Source: Pseudomonadota bacterium (GTDB lineage: Bacteria > Myxococcota_A > Polyangia > GCA-2747355). From it: a stretch of 64,000 nt of DNA. Where the stretch lies: positions 16,834-80,833 of the forward strand of contig JADJDT010000002.1 in assembly GCA_016702545.1 (NCBI GenBank), read 5' to 3'. The position numbers and the translations under genes are program-made. The notes under the pieces were generated by a model that was not told where the DNA came from, made no database searches, and worked only from the letters and a program-made list of their open reading frames with translations. Below, one piece after another: positions 20,190 to 32,902 of the stretch (its first letter is position 1; each line of letters begins with the position of its first letter).

Positions 20190-20630
20190 TCACCCACCTC
20201 GCGAGAGCGCCACCGCGTCACCGCGCAGCGCCAACCGGAGGCCCTCGATCAGGATCGCCAGCACCACCACGGATACGCCGCCGAGGAAGCCGACCGCATC
20301 GACGCGCACCAGCCGCAGCACCACCCAGAGCGCCACGCCCACGGCGCTGAGCTTGAGCACCATCACCCCCGCGAGCGCCGCCTGCTGCCACGGTCGGGCG
20401 CTGGCGACGAGCGCCGCCAAGAGCCGGCGCAGCGCCCAGAAGTTGAGCACGCCGAGCAACCCGCCCACCGCGAGGCCGAGCGCCAAGGGCGCGCGCTGCA
20501 GGGTCAGCAGGCCCAGGGTCGCGGCCGCCAGCAGCAGCAGGGCCACGCGCTCAATCCTAGCGGGGGCCTCGCCCTGACCTTTCGCCGTCACCGTCGTCAT
20601 CGTCGCCCGCGTCATTCTCAAGGGGATCAT
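20190..20630 (-). CDS. atpI: ATP synthase protein I (AtpI-like small membrane protein); start uncertain
   Basis: Hydrophobic 4-TM profile and position between atpZ and atpB. Confidence 0.55.
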   Translation of the reverse strand: MIPLRMTRATMTTVTAKGQGEAPARIERVALLLLAAATLGLLTLQRAPLALGLAVGGLLGVLNFWALRRLLAALVASARPWQQAALAGVMVLKLSAVGVALWVVLRLVRVDAVGFLGGVSVVVLAILIEGLRLALRGDAVALSRGG

Positions 20631-20895
20631 CGTCGCCCGCGCTCTCACGCTCGCCGCGCTGCACCTCGCGCACCAGCCGCAGCAACGAGGCAAAGGCGGC
20701 GGCGACACCGAGCAGCAGGCCCACCAGCGTCAGGTAGGGCGCCGTACCCCAGCGCTGGTCGAGCCAGCCGCCGCCCAGGTAGCCGAGCACAGCGCCGACG
20801 CCGAACTCCACGCCCACGGTGCTGACCCGCAGGGCCTGGACCCACGCCGCCGCGTTGCCAGCGCTGTCGTCGTGGCCTTTGTCGGCCTGCTTCAC
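20557..20895 (-). CDS. AtpZ/AtpR-like putative F0F1 ATP-synthase accessory membrane protein
   Basis: Small 2-TM protein with acidic tail, first gene of the atp F0 cluster; GTG start. Confidence 0.55.
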   Translation of the reverse strand: MKQADKGHDDSAGNAAAWVQALRVSTVGVEFGVGAVLGYLGGGWLDQRWGTAPYLTLVGLLLGVAAAFASLLRLVREVQRGERESAGDDDPLENDAGDDDDGDGERSGRGPR

Positions 20896-21080
20896 CTGCT
20901 CCGCTTTCGCTTCGTTATTTCAGCGCGTTATTTCAGAACCTTGGATCGCCGCACGATCTCTCGCGTCGGCACGCGAGGCTCGCTTAGCACGGGCTCCCGC
21001 AGACGGTCAACGCGGCGCTGCGTGCCCTATCAGCGCTGCGCGCCGGGTGCGAGGGTCGACCCATGCAAGGCGGCGGGCCG

Positions 21081-21476
21081 CTACCAGCGCCGGTCAAGTC
21101 CCTCGTAGCGGTCGAGCGTTTCGTCTGCGCTGAGCAGCGGGAGCCGCTCGAAGGTGGCCTGCGCCACCAGCAGGCGGTCGAAGGGGTCTCGATGGTGGAA
21201 GGCGAGCGTCGCGACGCGCTCAGCGTGCGCGCGGCGAACGTCGAGGATCTCGATGCCATTGAGCGCGAGTTGTTCGTCGAGGAAGGCGCCCAGGGGCTTC
21301 GCGAGCGTGAGCCTCCCCAGGCTCGACTTGATCGCCATTTCCCAAACCGAGGCGGTGCTCAAGAGGAGCCGGCGGTCTTGGTCGAGGAAGACGCGGCGCG
21401 CTGCTGCGCTCAGCCGTGGACTGTCGGAGAGCGCCCAGAGAAAGGCATGGGTATCGAGCAGAACGCGAGAAGTCAT
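21081..21476 (-). CDS. vapC: PIN-domain toxin VapC (type II TA)
   Basis: MTSRVLLDTHAFLWAL start, acidic PIN residues (DTH...E...D); 131 aa. Confidence 0.85.
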   Translation of the reverse strand: MTSRVLLDTHAFLWALSDSPRLSAAARRVFLDQDRRLLLSTASVWEMAIKSSLGRLTLAKPLGAFLDEQLALNGIEILDVRRAHAERVATLAFHHRDPFDRLLVAQATFERLPLLSADETLDRYEGLDRRW

Positions 21477-21481
21477 CTCAT

Positions 21482-21590
21482 AAATGGCTGCGCCACCCGA
21501 GGGCGTTGTCGCGGCTGCGCTCCGGTGCTCACGTACCAGCCCGTACGCTCCGCTCCGGTGCTCACCGCTCCTAGCCCTCGGGCGGTCGTC
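21482..21590 (-). repeat. Copy B (inverted, truncated) of the palindromic repeat family, lying between vapC start and vapB stop, bounded by perfect 14-bp inverted repeats
   Basis: Reverse complement matches the core of 49895..50010 (CACCGGAGCGGA[A/G]CGTACGGGCTGGTACGTGAGCACCGGAGC...). Flanks AGAAGTCATCTCAT (21468..21481) and ATGAGATGACTTCT (21591..21604). Confidence 0.8.
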
Positions 21591-21602
21591 ATGAGATGAC
21601 TT

Positions 21603-21824
21603 CTAGCGATAGCCATCGAAGTCCCCGAGCGGCGCGTCGAAGTCGTCGGCGATGCGAATCTGACCGGCGGCGGAGCCGAGCGTCCGCTTGCGGAGCGCTG
21701 ACTCGAGCACCACCAGTCGCACCAAGGGCTTATCTCCCTTGGCGATGATCACCTCCTCACCATCGAGCGCGCGCTGGATCAGCCGCGACAGATGCGTCTT
21801 GGCTTCGTGGAGCTTCACCTGCAT
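21603..21824 (-). CDS. vapB: Type II antitoxin, Phd/YefM (VapB-like)
   Basis: MQVKLHEAKTHLSRLIQRALDGEEVIIAKGDKPLVRLV, 73 aa. The listed 565-aa ORF is an upstream artefact overlapping hemL antisense. Confidence 0.75.
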   Translation of the reverse strand: MQVKLHEAKTHLSRLIQRALDGEEVIIAKGDKPLVRLVVLESALRKRTLGSAAGQIRIADDFDAPLGDFDGYR

Positions 21825-21907
21825 GGGGTCAGTCTGGTCGGGTCTGTTGACTAAGTCAATCAACCCCTGGACGGAGCCAAGCGCCCGGCTCAGAGCGCGC
21901 GCCCGGC

Positions 21908-23193
21908 TCAGAGCGTGCGCAGGGTCTCGCGTGCGGCCTCGAGGGTCTGCTGCAGGTCTTCGTCGCTGTGCGCGGCCGAGACGAAGGCGGCCTCGAACTG
22001 GGAAGGTGGAAGCAAGACGCCACGCTGGCGCATCCCGCGGTGGAAGGCGGCGAAGCGCGCGACGTCGCTGCGCTGCGCCGAGGCCAGGTCGGTGACCGGG
22101 CCCGCCCAGAAGAAGGGTGTCAGCATCGACCCGACCCGATTGACGCAGAGCGGTAGGCCGAGCTCCCGCGCAATCGCCGTGAGACCCTCGGCCAGGGCCG
22201 CAGCGTAGCGCTCGAGTTGCGCGTAGGGGTCCTCGCGCTCGAGCAGCTCGAGCATCGCCAGACCCGCCGCGACCCCGAGCGGATTGCCCGAGAGCGTGCC
22301 CGCCTGATAGACGGCGCCGCTCGGCGCCACGAGGTCCATCAGCGCGGCGCGTCCCCCATAGGCCCCCACCGGCAGCCCCCCACCGATCACCTTGCCCAAA
22401 CAAACCAGGTCCGCGCTCACGCCGTAGCGCTGCTGCGCCCCGCCGAGCGCCACGCGGAAGCCCGACATCACCTCGTCGAAGATCAAGAGCGCGCCCTGCG
22501 CCGCGGTGATCCGCCGCAGGCCCTCGAGGTAGCCCGGCAGCGGCGCCACCGTGCCCATGTTGCCCGGCACCGGCTCGACGATCATCGCCGCGATCGTCGG
22601 GCCGTGACGCTCGAAGAGCGCCTCGACCGCCGCCAGGTCGTTGTAGGGCACCACCAGCGTGTCGCGCGCCGCCCCCGCCGGCACCCCGGCCGAGTCGGGG
22701 ATGCCGAGGGTCTCGGCGCCCGAGCCCGCGCGCACCAGCAGCGCATCGGCGTGCCCGTGGTAGCCGCCGGCGATCTTGATGATGCGGTCGCGGCCGGTGG
22801 CACCCCGCGCCACGCGCACCGCGCTCATGCAGGCCTCGGTGCCGCTGTTGACGAGCCGCACCCGCTCCAGGCCCGGCACGATGCGGGTCAGCAGCTCGGC
22901 GAAGCGCACCTCGCGCTCCGTCGAGACGCCGAAGCTGACCCCATCGACCGCCGCGGCCTGGATCGCGGCCAGGATCTCCGGCCGGGCGTGGCCGAGCAGC
23001 ATCGGCCCCCACGAGCCGAGGTAGTCGAGGTAACGGTTGCCATCGACGTCCCAGACACTGCTGCCCGCGGCCCGCGCCAGAAAGAGCGGCTCGCCGCCGA
23101 CGGAGCGAAAGGCCCGCACGGGGCTGTTGACGCCGCCGGGAATCACGCGCTGCGCCCGCGCCGCCAGCGCGCGCGAGCGCTCGCTCCCGCCGC

Positions 23194-23197
<4 letters not shown>
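21908..23197 (-). CDS. hemL: Glutamate-1-semialdehyde 2,1-aminomutase
   Basis: Class III aminotransferase, 429 aa, GSA-aminomutase motifs throughout. Confidence 0.95.
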
Positions 23198-25860
<2,663 letters not shown>

Positions 25861-26110
25861 GCTCGAAGAGACCTCAGCAGTGAACTAAACGCCCAGAATC
25901 ACGGAGGAAAACACCGCAATTCGAGCGCGGCAGTTCATAGCGCGAATCCCCCCAAAGGTCAATCGAATGAGGCCCTTGGGCGCGGCTCGGCGGGGTGCGA
26001 CGCCGAGGGGGGCGAGCGACGCCGTGCGAACGCGGATTGCTGCCCTGGCGATCAGCCAGTAGAGTGCCGCCCGGCGTGGGCCGGGGGGCTCCAGCGACGA
26101 GGCGAGCAGC

Positions 26111-27196
26111 ATGAGCAAGTGCGCGTTGATCACCGGCATCACCGGCCAGGACGGCTCGTACCTGGCCGAGCTGCTGTTGCAGAAGGGCTACGAGGTCCAC
26201 GGCATCATCCGCCGTTCGAGCTCGTTCAACACCGGGCGGCTCGAGCACCTGTACCAGGACCCGCACGTCAGCGACCGAAGGCTGCGCCTGCACTACGGCG
26301 ACATGACGGATTCGTCGAACCTGTCGCGCCTGATCGAGACGGTGCGACCCGACGAGCTCTACCACCTGGCCGCGCAGAGCCACGTCAAGGTCTCCTTCGA
26401 GGTGCCGGAGTACACCGCCGAGACCGACGCCATCGGCACGCTGCGGCTGCTCGACGCGATCCGCGAGACGGGGCTGCGCACGCGCTTCTACCAGGCCTCG
26501 ACCAGCGAGCTCTACGGCAAGGTCCAGCAGGTGCCGCAGACGGAGCAGACGCCCTTCTATCCGCGCTCGCCCTATGGCGTGGCCAAGCTCTACGCCTTCT
26601 GGATCACGGTCAACTACCGCGAGGCCTATGGGCTGCACGCCTCCAACGGCATCCTCTTCAACCACGAGAGCGAGCGCCGCGGCATGACCTTCGTCTCGCG
26701 CAAGGTCACGCGCGCCGCCGCCCGCATCGCCCTGGGGCTGCAGCAGCGGCTCTACCTCGGCAACCTCGATGCGCGCCGCGACTGGGGCTACGCCCCGGAG
26801 TACGTCGAGGCGATGTGGCTGATGTTGCAGCAGCCGAGCCCCGACGACTACGTGATCGCCACCGGCGAGACGCACAGCGTGCGCGAGCTGGTGACGCTGG
26901 CCTTCGCCCGCGTCGGCCTGCCGCTGCGCTGGCAGGGGCAGGGCGTCGCGGAGCAGGGCCTGCACGCCGAGACCGGAGCCGTGCTGGTCGAGATTGATCC
27001 GGCCTACTTCCGGCCGACCGAGGTCGATCTGCTGATCGGCGACCCGAGCAAGGCCAAGGCCCAGCTGGGCTGGCAGCCACGCACCACCTTCCAGGCGCTG
27101 GTCGAGCGCATGGTCGACCACGACCTCGAGGCGGCCCGGCGCCTCTTGACGCTACGCGAGGCCGGACACGGGCTGCGGGAGGAGGGGACGGAGTGA
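26111..27196 (+). CDS. gmd: GDP-mannose 4,6-dehydratase
   Basis: [23 protein letters not shown], 361 aa. Confidence 0.95.
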   Translation: MSKCALITGITGQDGSYLAELLLQKGYEVHGIIRRSSSFNTGRLEHLYQDPHVSDRRLRLHYGDMTDSSNLSRLIETVRPDELYHLAAQSHVKVSFEVPEYTAETDAIGTLRLLDAIRETGLRTRFYQASTSELYGKVQQVPQTEQTPFYPRSPYGVAKLYAFWITVNYREAYGLHASNGILFNHESERRGMTFVSRKVTRAAARIALGLQQRLYLGNLDARRDWGYAPEYVEAMWLMLQQPSPDDYVIATGETHSVRELVTLAFARVGLPLRWQGQGVAEQGLHAETGAVLVEIDPAYFRPTEVDLLIGDPSKAKAQLGWQPRTTFQALVERMVDHDLEAARRLLTLREAGHGLREEGTE

Positions 27197-28185
27197 CGAC
27201 GACAGCCCCCTTCGCCTACCGGCGCCTGGCGCCCGACGCGCGGGTCTATGTGGCCGGCCACCGCGGGATGGTCGGCTCGGCGATCGTGCGCCAGCTCGCG
27301 GCGCGCGGCTACGCCCACCTGGTGACGCGCGAGCTCGACGCGCTCGATCTGCGGCGCCAGGCCGCCACCGAGGCGTTCTTTGCCACCGAGCGGCCCGAGT
27401 TCGTGATCGTCGCGGCGGCCAAGGTCGGCGGCATCCTCGCCAACAACACCTATCGCGCCGACTTCATCCGCGACAACCTGCAGATCCAGACCAACCTGAT
27501 CGACGCCGCCTACCGCCACGGCGTGCAGCGGCTGCTCTTCCTCGGCTCGAGCTGCATCTACCCGCGCGACTGCGCGCAGCCGATCACCGAGGAGGCGCTG
27601 TTGACCGGCGCGCTCGAGCCGACCAACGAGCCCTACGCCATCGCCAAGATCGCCGGGCTCAAGCTCTGCGAGGCCTACAATGCGCAGTACGGCACGCGCT
27701 ACCTGAGCGTGATGCCGACCAACCTCTATGGCCCACACGACAACTTCGATCTGAGCTCGAGCCACGTGCTGCCGGCGCTGCTGCGGCGCTTCCACGAGGC
27801 CAAGCTCAGCGGCGCGCGCGCGGTGACGATCTGGGGCAGCGGACGGCCGCGCCGCGAGTTCCTCCACGTCGACGATCTCGCCGAGGCCTGCGTCTTCTTG
27901 TTGGAGCAGAGCGACAGCACCGCGCTGATCAACATCGGCGTCGGCGAGGACGTGACGATCCGCGAGCTGGCCGAGCTGGTGGCCCAAACCGTCGGCTACG
28001 GCGGCGAGATCTTGCACGACACCAGCAAACCCGACGGCACGCCGCGCAAGCTGCTCGACGTCAGCCGGCTGCACGCGCTGGGCTGGCAGGCGCGCACCAG
28101 CCTGCGCGAGGGCCTCGCGCGGACCTACGCCTGGTTCGTCGCCCAATATGGCCCGCCGCAGGGCGCGGCTGGCCAAGTGCGCTGA
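27193..28185 (+). CDS. fcl: GDP-L-fucose synthase
   Basis: [29 protein letters not shown]; overlaps the gmd stop. Confidence 0.95.
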   Translation: MTTTAPFAYRRLAPDARVYVAGHRGMVGSAIVRQLAARGYAHLVTRELDALDLRRQAATEAFFATERPEFVIVAAAKVGGILANNTYRADFIRDNLQIQTNLIDAAYRHGVQRLLFLGSSCIYPRDCAQPITEEALLTGALEPTNEPYAIAKIAGLKLCEAYNAQYGTRYLSVMPTNLYGPHDNFDLSSSHVLPALLRRFHEAKLSGARAVTIWGSGRPRREFLHVDDLAEACVFLLEQSDSTALINIGVGEDVTIRELAELVAQTVGYGGEILHDTSKPDGTPRKLLDVSRLHALGWQARTSLREGLARTYAWFVAQYGPPQGAAGQVR

Positions 28186-28224
28186 GAATCACTAGACTCC
28201 CGCCGCGCGCGGGAGGAGGGAACC

Positions 28225-29502
28225 ATGCTCGAACTGGCACAAGTGCGCCTGGGGGTGATCGGCCTGGGCTATGTCGGGCTGCCGCTGGCGGCGGCCTTCG
28301 GCCGGCGCTTCCCCACTTGGGGCTACGACCGCCGCGCCGACCGCGTGGCCGAGATTCGCGCGGGCCACGATAGCTCGCTCGAGGTCACGGAGCAGGAGCT
28401 GGCCGCCGCCGAGCAGCTCAAGGTCACGGCGGACGTGCAGGATCTGGCCGACTGCAACGTCTACATCGTGGCGGTACCCACGCCGGTCGACGACCACAAG
28501 ATCCCCGACATGGAGCTGCTGCGGGCCGCCAGCGCCACGGTCGGCGGGCTGCTCGCGCGCGGCGACCTCGTGATTTTCGAGTCGACGGTCTATCCGGGCT
28601 GCACCGAAGAGGTCTGCGTGCCGGTGCTCGAGAAGCAGTCGGGCCTGGTCTTCAACCGCGACTTCTTCGTCGGCTACAGCCCGGAGCGCATCAACCCCGG
28701 CGACAAGAAGCATCGGCTGGCCGACATCGTCAAGGTCACCTCGGGCTCGACGCCCGCGGCGGCGACGCTGGTGGATGAGATCTACCGGACGATCGTCAAG
28801 GCGGGCACCCACCGCGCCAGCAGCCTGCGCGTGGCCGAGGCCGCCAAGGTGATCGAGAACACCCAGCGCGACGTCAACATCGCGCTGATCAACGAGCTGG
28901 CGATCCTCTTCAACCGCTTGGGCATCGACACGGTCGAGGTGCTCGAGGCCGCCGGCAGCAAGTGGAACTTCCTGCCCTTCCGTCCCGGCCTGGTCGGCGG
29001 GCACTGCATCGGCGTCGACCCCTTCTACCTGACCTACAAGGCGCAGCAGGTCGGCCACCGCCCCGAGCTGATCCTGGCGGGCCGGCACATCAACGACAAC
29101 ATGGGGCACTACATCACGCACCGCGTGATCAAGATGATGAGCCAGCGCGAGATCCAGCCGGTGCAGGCACGGGTGCTGGTGCTGGGCTTCACCTTCAAGG
29201 AAAACTGCCCCGACATCCGCAACACGCGCGTGATCGACATCGTCAACGAGTTTCGCGAATACCACGCGCAGGTCGAGGTCTACGACCCCTGGGTCGAGGC
29301 CGAGGAGGCGCGCCGCGAGTACGGCCTCGAGCTCGTCACGGAGCTGCGCGAGGGCCGCTATGACGCGATCGTCTTGGCCGTGGCGCACCAGCAATTCGTC
29401 GCGCTCGGCGCCGAGCGCATTCGCGCGTTGGGCAAGGCCCGCTGCGTGCTGTTCGACGTCAAGTCGGTGCTGCCGGCCAGCGCCGTCGACGCACGCCTCT
29501 AA
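28225..29502 (+). CDS. Nucleotide-sugar dehydrogenase, TviB/WbpO-like (UDP-HexNAc 6-dehydrogenase)
   Basis: GVIGLGYVGLPLAAAF, catalytic Cys in GGHCIGVDP, 425 aa. Confidence 0.85.
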   Translation: MLELAQVRLGVIGLGYVGLPLAAAFGRRFPTWGYDRRADRVAEIRAGHDSSLEVTEQELAAAEQLKVTADVQDLADCNVYIVAVPTPVDDHKIPDMELLRAASATVGGLLARGDLVIFESTVYPGCTEEVCVPVLEKQSGLVFNRDFFVGYSPERINPGDKKHRLADIVKVTSGSTPAAATLVDEIYRTIVKAGTHRASSLRVAEAAKVIENTQRDVNIALINELAILFNRLGIDTVEVLEAAGSKWNFLPFRPGLVGGHCIGVDPFYLTYKAQQVGHRPELILAGRHINDNMGHYITHRVIKMMSQREIQPVQARVLVLGFTFKENCPDIRNTRVIDIVNEFREYHAQVEVYDPWVEAEEARREYGLELVTELREGRYDAIVLAVAHQQFVALGAERIRALGKARCVLFDVKSVLPASAVDARL

Positions 29503-29541
29503 CATGGTCCTGGTCCGCAGCGAGGGAATGAGTCGTCAACG

Positions 29542-30573
29542 ATGAAGGTGCTGGTGACGGGGAGCGCGGGGTTCATCGGGTCGGCCGTCACGCTGCGGCT
29601 GCTCGCGCGCGGCGACGAGGTCGTGGGCGTCGACAACCTCAACAGCTACTACGACGTGCGGCTGAAGCAGGCACGGCTGCAGCGGACGCTGGGCGTACCA
29701 GGCTACACCGACTGCCGGCTCGACATCGCCGATCGCGAGGGCATGGTGCGGCTCTTCGCCGAGCACCGCCCGCAGCGCGTGGTGCACCTCGCGGCCCAGG
29801 CCGGCGTGCGCTACTCGCTGGAGAACCCGCACGCCTACGTCGAGAGCAACCTGGTCGGCTTCCTCAACGTGCTCGAGGGCTGCCGGCACGCTGCGCCCGA
29901 GCGGCCCACCGAGCGACCGGTCGAGCACCTGGTCTACGCCTCGAGCAGCTCGGTCTACGGCGGCAACACGCGCTTGCCCTTCTCGGTGCACGACGGGGTC
30001 GACCATCCGCTGAGCCTCTACGGCGCGACGAAGCGCGCCAACGAGCTGATGGCCCACTCCTACAGCCATCTCTACCGGCTGCCGACGACGGGGCTACGGT
30101 TCTTCACCGTCTACGGCCCGTGGGGCCGGCCCGACATGGCCTTGTTCCGCTTCACCCGGGCGCTGCTGGCGGGCGAGCCGATCGACGTCTACAACCATGG
30201 GCATCATCGGCGCGACTTCACCTACGTCGACGACATCGTCGAGGGCGTGCTGCGCGTGCTCGACCGTCCCGCACGGCCCGCCGCGCAGTGGGACGGGGCC
30301 CAGCCCGACCCGGCGGCCAGCAATGCCCCCTATCGCCTCTACAACATCGGCAACCATCGCCCGGTGCAGCTGCTCGACTACATCCAGCTGCTGGAGCGCT
30401 GCCTGGGCAAACAGGCGCAGCTCAACCTGCTGCCGCTGCAAGACGGCGATGTGCCCGAGACCTGCGCTGACGTCGAGGACTTGATGCGCGACGTCGAGTA
30501 TCACCCGTCGACACCGGTGAGCGAAGGCATCGCCCGCTTCGTCGCCTGGTATCGCGAGTTCTACGGCGTTTGA
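29542..30573 (+). CDS. NAD-dependent epimerase, TviC/WbpP-like (UDP-HexNAc-uronate 4-epimerase)
   Basis: [17 protein letters not shown], 343 aa; paired with the preceding dehydrogenase as in tviBC. Confidence 0.8.
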   Translation: MKVLVTGSAGFIGSAVTLRLLARGDEVVGVDNLNSYYDVRLKQARLQRTLGVPGYTDCRLDIADREGMVRLFAEHRPQRVVHLAAQAGVRYSLENPHAYVESNLVGFLNVLEGCRHAAPERPTERPVEHLVYASSSSVYGGNTRLPFSVHDGVDHPLSLYGATKRANELMAHSYSHLYRLPTTGLRFFTVYGPWGRPDMALFRFTRALLAGEPIDVYNHGHHRRDFTYVDDIVEGVLRVLDRPARPAAQWDGAQPDPAASNAPYRLYNIGNHRPVQLLDYIQLLERCLGKQAQLNLLPLQDGDVPETCADVEDLMRDVEYHPSTPVSEGIARFVAWYREFYGV

Positions 30574-31751
30574 ACGTGGGCGCAGCCCCCGCAGCGATCA
30601 AGATCCTCTGCGTCGCCGGCGCGCGACCGAACTTCGTCAAGATCGCGCCGCTGATGCGGGCCCTGGCCCAGCGGCCGGTCTTCACCGCGCGGCTGGTGCA
30701 CACCGGACAGCACTACGACGCGGCGCTCTCGCGCGTCTTCTTCGACGAGCTGGGGATCCCGCGACCCGACCTCGAGCTGGAGGTGGGCTCCGGCAGCCAC
30801 GCCCTGCAGACGGCCGAGATCATGCGGCGCTTCGCACCCGTGGTGGCGGCCGAGCAGCCGCACGCCGTGCTCGTCGTCGGCGACGTCAACTCGACGATCG
30901 CCTGCGCGCTGGTCACGGCCAAGACGCTGCTGGCGCAGCCCTTCAACTGCGCGCTCGGGCTGCGCCGGCGGCCGGTGATGATCCACGTCGAGGCCGGGCT
31001 GCGCAGCGGCGACGACGACATGCCCGAGGAGATCAACCGCAAGCTGACCGATGCGATCTCCGACCTGCTCTTCGTCAGCGAGCCGGCGGGGCTCGACAAC
31101 CTGCGACGCGAGGGCGTCGGCGAGGCGCGGCTGTGCTTCGCCGGCAACGTGATGATCGACACGCTGCTCGCGGCCCAGGCCCAGGCCCAGCGCTCGGACG
31201 TGCTCACGCGGCTCGGGCTGCAGGACGGTGGCTACGGCCTGCTGACGCTGCACCGGCCGAGCAACGTCGATGACCCCGCGGCGCTGGCCGCGCTGCTCCA
31301 AACCCTCGATCGCATCGCCGCTGAGCTCCCGCTGGTCTTCCCGGTCCACCCCCGCACCCGCGCCCAGCTCACGGCGGCCCACGCAGCCCTCGTCCCGCCA
31401 CGCTGGCGGCTCTGCGAGCCGCTCGGCTACCTCGACTTCCTGCGGCTGACGAGCGGCGCCCGGGTCGTGCTGACCGACTCCGGCGGCGTGCAAGAAGAGA
31501 CCACCGTGCTCGGGGTGCGCTGCCTGACGCTGCGGGACAACACCGAGCGGCCGGTGACGGTCAGCGAGGGCACCAATACCCTCGCCGGCACGCGGCCCGA
31601 GACGATCCTCGCGGCCTGGGAGCGCGCCCGCGCGGCTCCGACCCACGGACGCATCCCGGCGCTGTGGGATGGCCAGGCCGCGACCCGGATCGTTGCCGAG
31701 CTGGAGCGGCGCCTGACGCCCCTGCCGACGGCGGCGGACGCGCAGCGGTGA
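30570..31751 (+). CDS. wecB: UDP-N-acetylglucosamine 2-epimerase (non-hydrolysing)
   Basis: WecB/MnaA-family similarity; [16 protein letters not shown], 393 aa. Confidence 0.85.
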   Translation: MNVGAAPAAIKILCVAGARPNFVKIAPLMRALAQRPVFTARLVHTGQHYDAALSRVFFDELGIPRPDLELEVGSGSHALQTAEIMRRFAPVVAAEQPHAVLVVGDVNSTIACALVTAKTLLAQPFNCALGLRRRPVMIHVEAGLRSGDDDMPEEINRKLTDAISDLLFVSEPAGLDNLRREGVGEARLCFAGNVMIDTLLAAQAQAQRSDVLTRLGLQDGGYGLLTLHRPSNVDDPAALAALLQTLDRIAAELPLVFPVHPRTRAQLTAAHAALVPPRWRLCEPLGYLDFLRLTSGARVVLTDSGGVQEETTVLGVRCLTLRDNTERPVTVSEGTNTLAGTRPETILAAWERARAAPTHGRIPALWDGQAATRIVAELERRLTPLPTAADAQR

Positions 31752-32902
31752 GCACGGTCGGCCTCGACCCCACCCGCCTGCTGCTCTTGCGCCTGGCGCG
31801 CCTGGCCCTGACCGAGCAGGACCGGCATGAGGCGCTGAGGCTCGCGCCGCAGACCAACTGGGCCGAGCTGCAGCGGCTCGCGATCCGCGGCGGGATCGCC
31901 GGTTTGGTCGCCACGCACGCCACCGCGGTGGGGATGCCGCGCCCGACCCTCTACACGCTGACAGCGCACAGCCTGGCCATCGAGGCCCACAACCGCGCGC
32001 TGCTCGCGCTCGGCCGCGAACTGTGCCTGCAGGCCACCGAGCGCGACCTGGCCTTGATTCCGCTCAAGGGCACGGCGCTGCAGCTCGATGGCCTCTATCC
32101 GCGGCCCGGTCTGCGCTCGCAGTGCGACCTCGATCTACTGACCGAACGCAGCCAGCTCCCCGCCCTGGACGCGCTGCTGCGCGAGCACGGCCTGCAGGAC
32201 CGCGGTGACCCGACCTACGCGCTGCGCCATCAGCATCACCTCAAGTACAGCGGCAGCGACGGCCACGGGCGAAGCGTGCTCGTCGAGCTGCACTGGACGC
32301 CCTTCTTCGTCACCTATGGCCACGCCCGCAGCGATGCCGCAGCGCTCGCACGCGTGACGCAGGTCGCGTCGGCCCCGACCGACCCCGGCGCCGGCGACCG
32401 GCCGCTGCGCCTACTCGACCCGGTCGACACGCTGCTCTCGGTCGGACTGCACCTGGCCGTGCACCGCTATCGCGGGCAACTCAAGTGGCTGGTCGACGTC
32501 GCCGAGCTGGCGCGCCGCGACGGGCCCCACCTCGCCTGGAACGAGCTTTGGGAGCGGGCGGCCGAGCTCCAGGCGGTCAAGGCGCTGGACCGCGTGTTCG
32601 CGTTGGCCCGCGACCTGCTCGGCGCCCCGCTGCCGCCCCCGCCCCGCCGCGGCACGCTGGGGCCCGCGCTGCTCGCGCGGCTCAGCCAGCCCACGGCGCT
32701 GCTCGAGGCCGAGGACCAGCCCCCGTGGTCGCGCTGCCTGCTGATCGACCTGCTGCAGCGCGATCGACCGACCGCGGCGCTCGGCAACCTGCTCGACAAG
32801 GGCCTCGAGCTGCTCGACCGTTACCATGGCCTCCGGCTGCCGCGCCTGCGCCGCCGCGCCTCAGGCCCCGAGAGCGGCGCACCGCCACCGCGCCGCGATT
32901 AG
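31748..32902 (+). CDS. Uncharacterised nucleotidyltransferase-family protein (NTP_transf_5-like)
   Basis: GTG start overlapping the wecB stop (GTGA). Weak family-level similarity only. Confidence 0.5.
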   Translation: MSTVGLDPTRLLLLRLARLALTEQDRHEALRLAPQTNWAELQRLAIRGGIAGLVATHATAVGMPRPTLYTLTAHSLAIEAHNRALLALGRELCLQATERDLALIPLKGTALQLDGLYPRPGLRSQCDLDLLTERSQLPALDALLREHGLQDRGDPTYALRHQHHLKYSGSDGHGRSVLVELHWTPFFVTYGHARSDAAALARVTQVASAPTDPGAGDRPLRLLDPVDTLLSVGLHLAVHRYRGQLKWLVDVAELARRDGPHLAWNELWERAAELQAVKALDRVFALARDLLGAPLPPPPRRGTLGPALLARLSQPTALLEAEDQPPWSRCLLIDLLQRDRPTAALGNLLDKGLELLDRYHGLRLPRLRRRASGPESGAPPPRRD

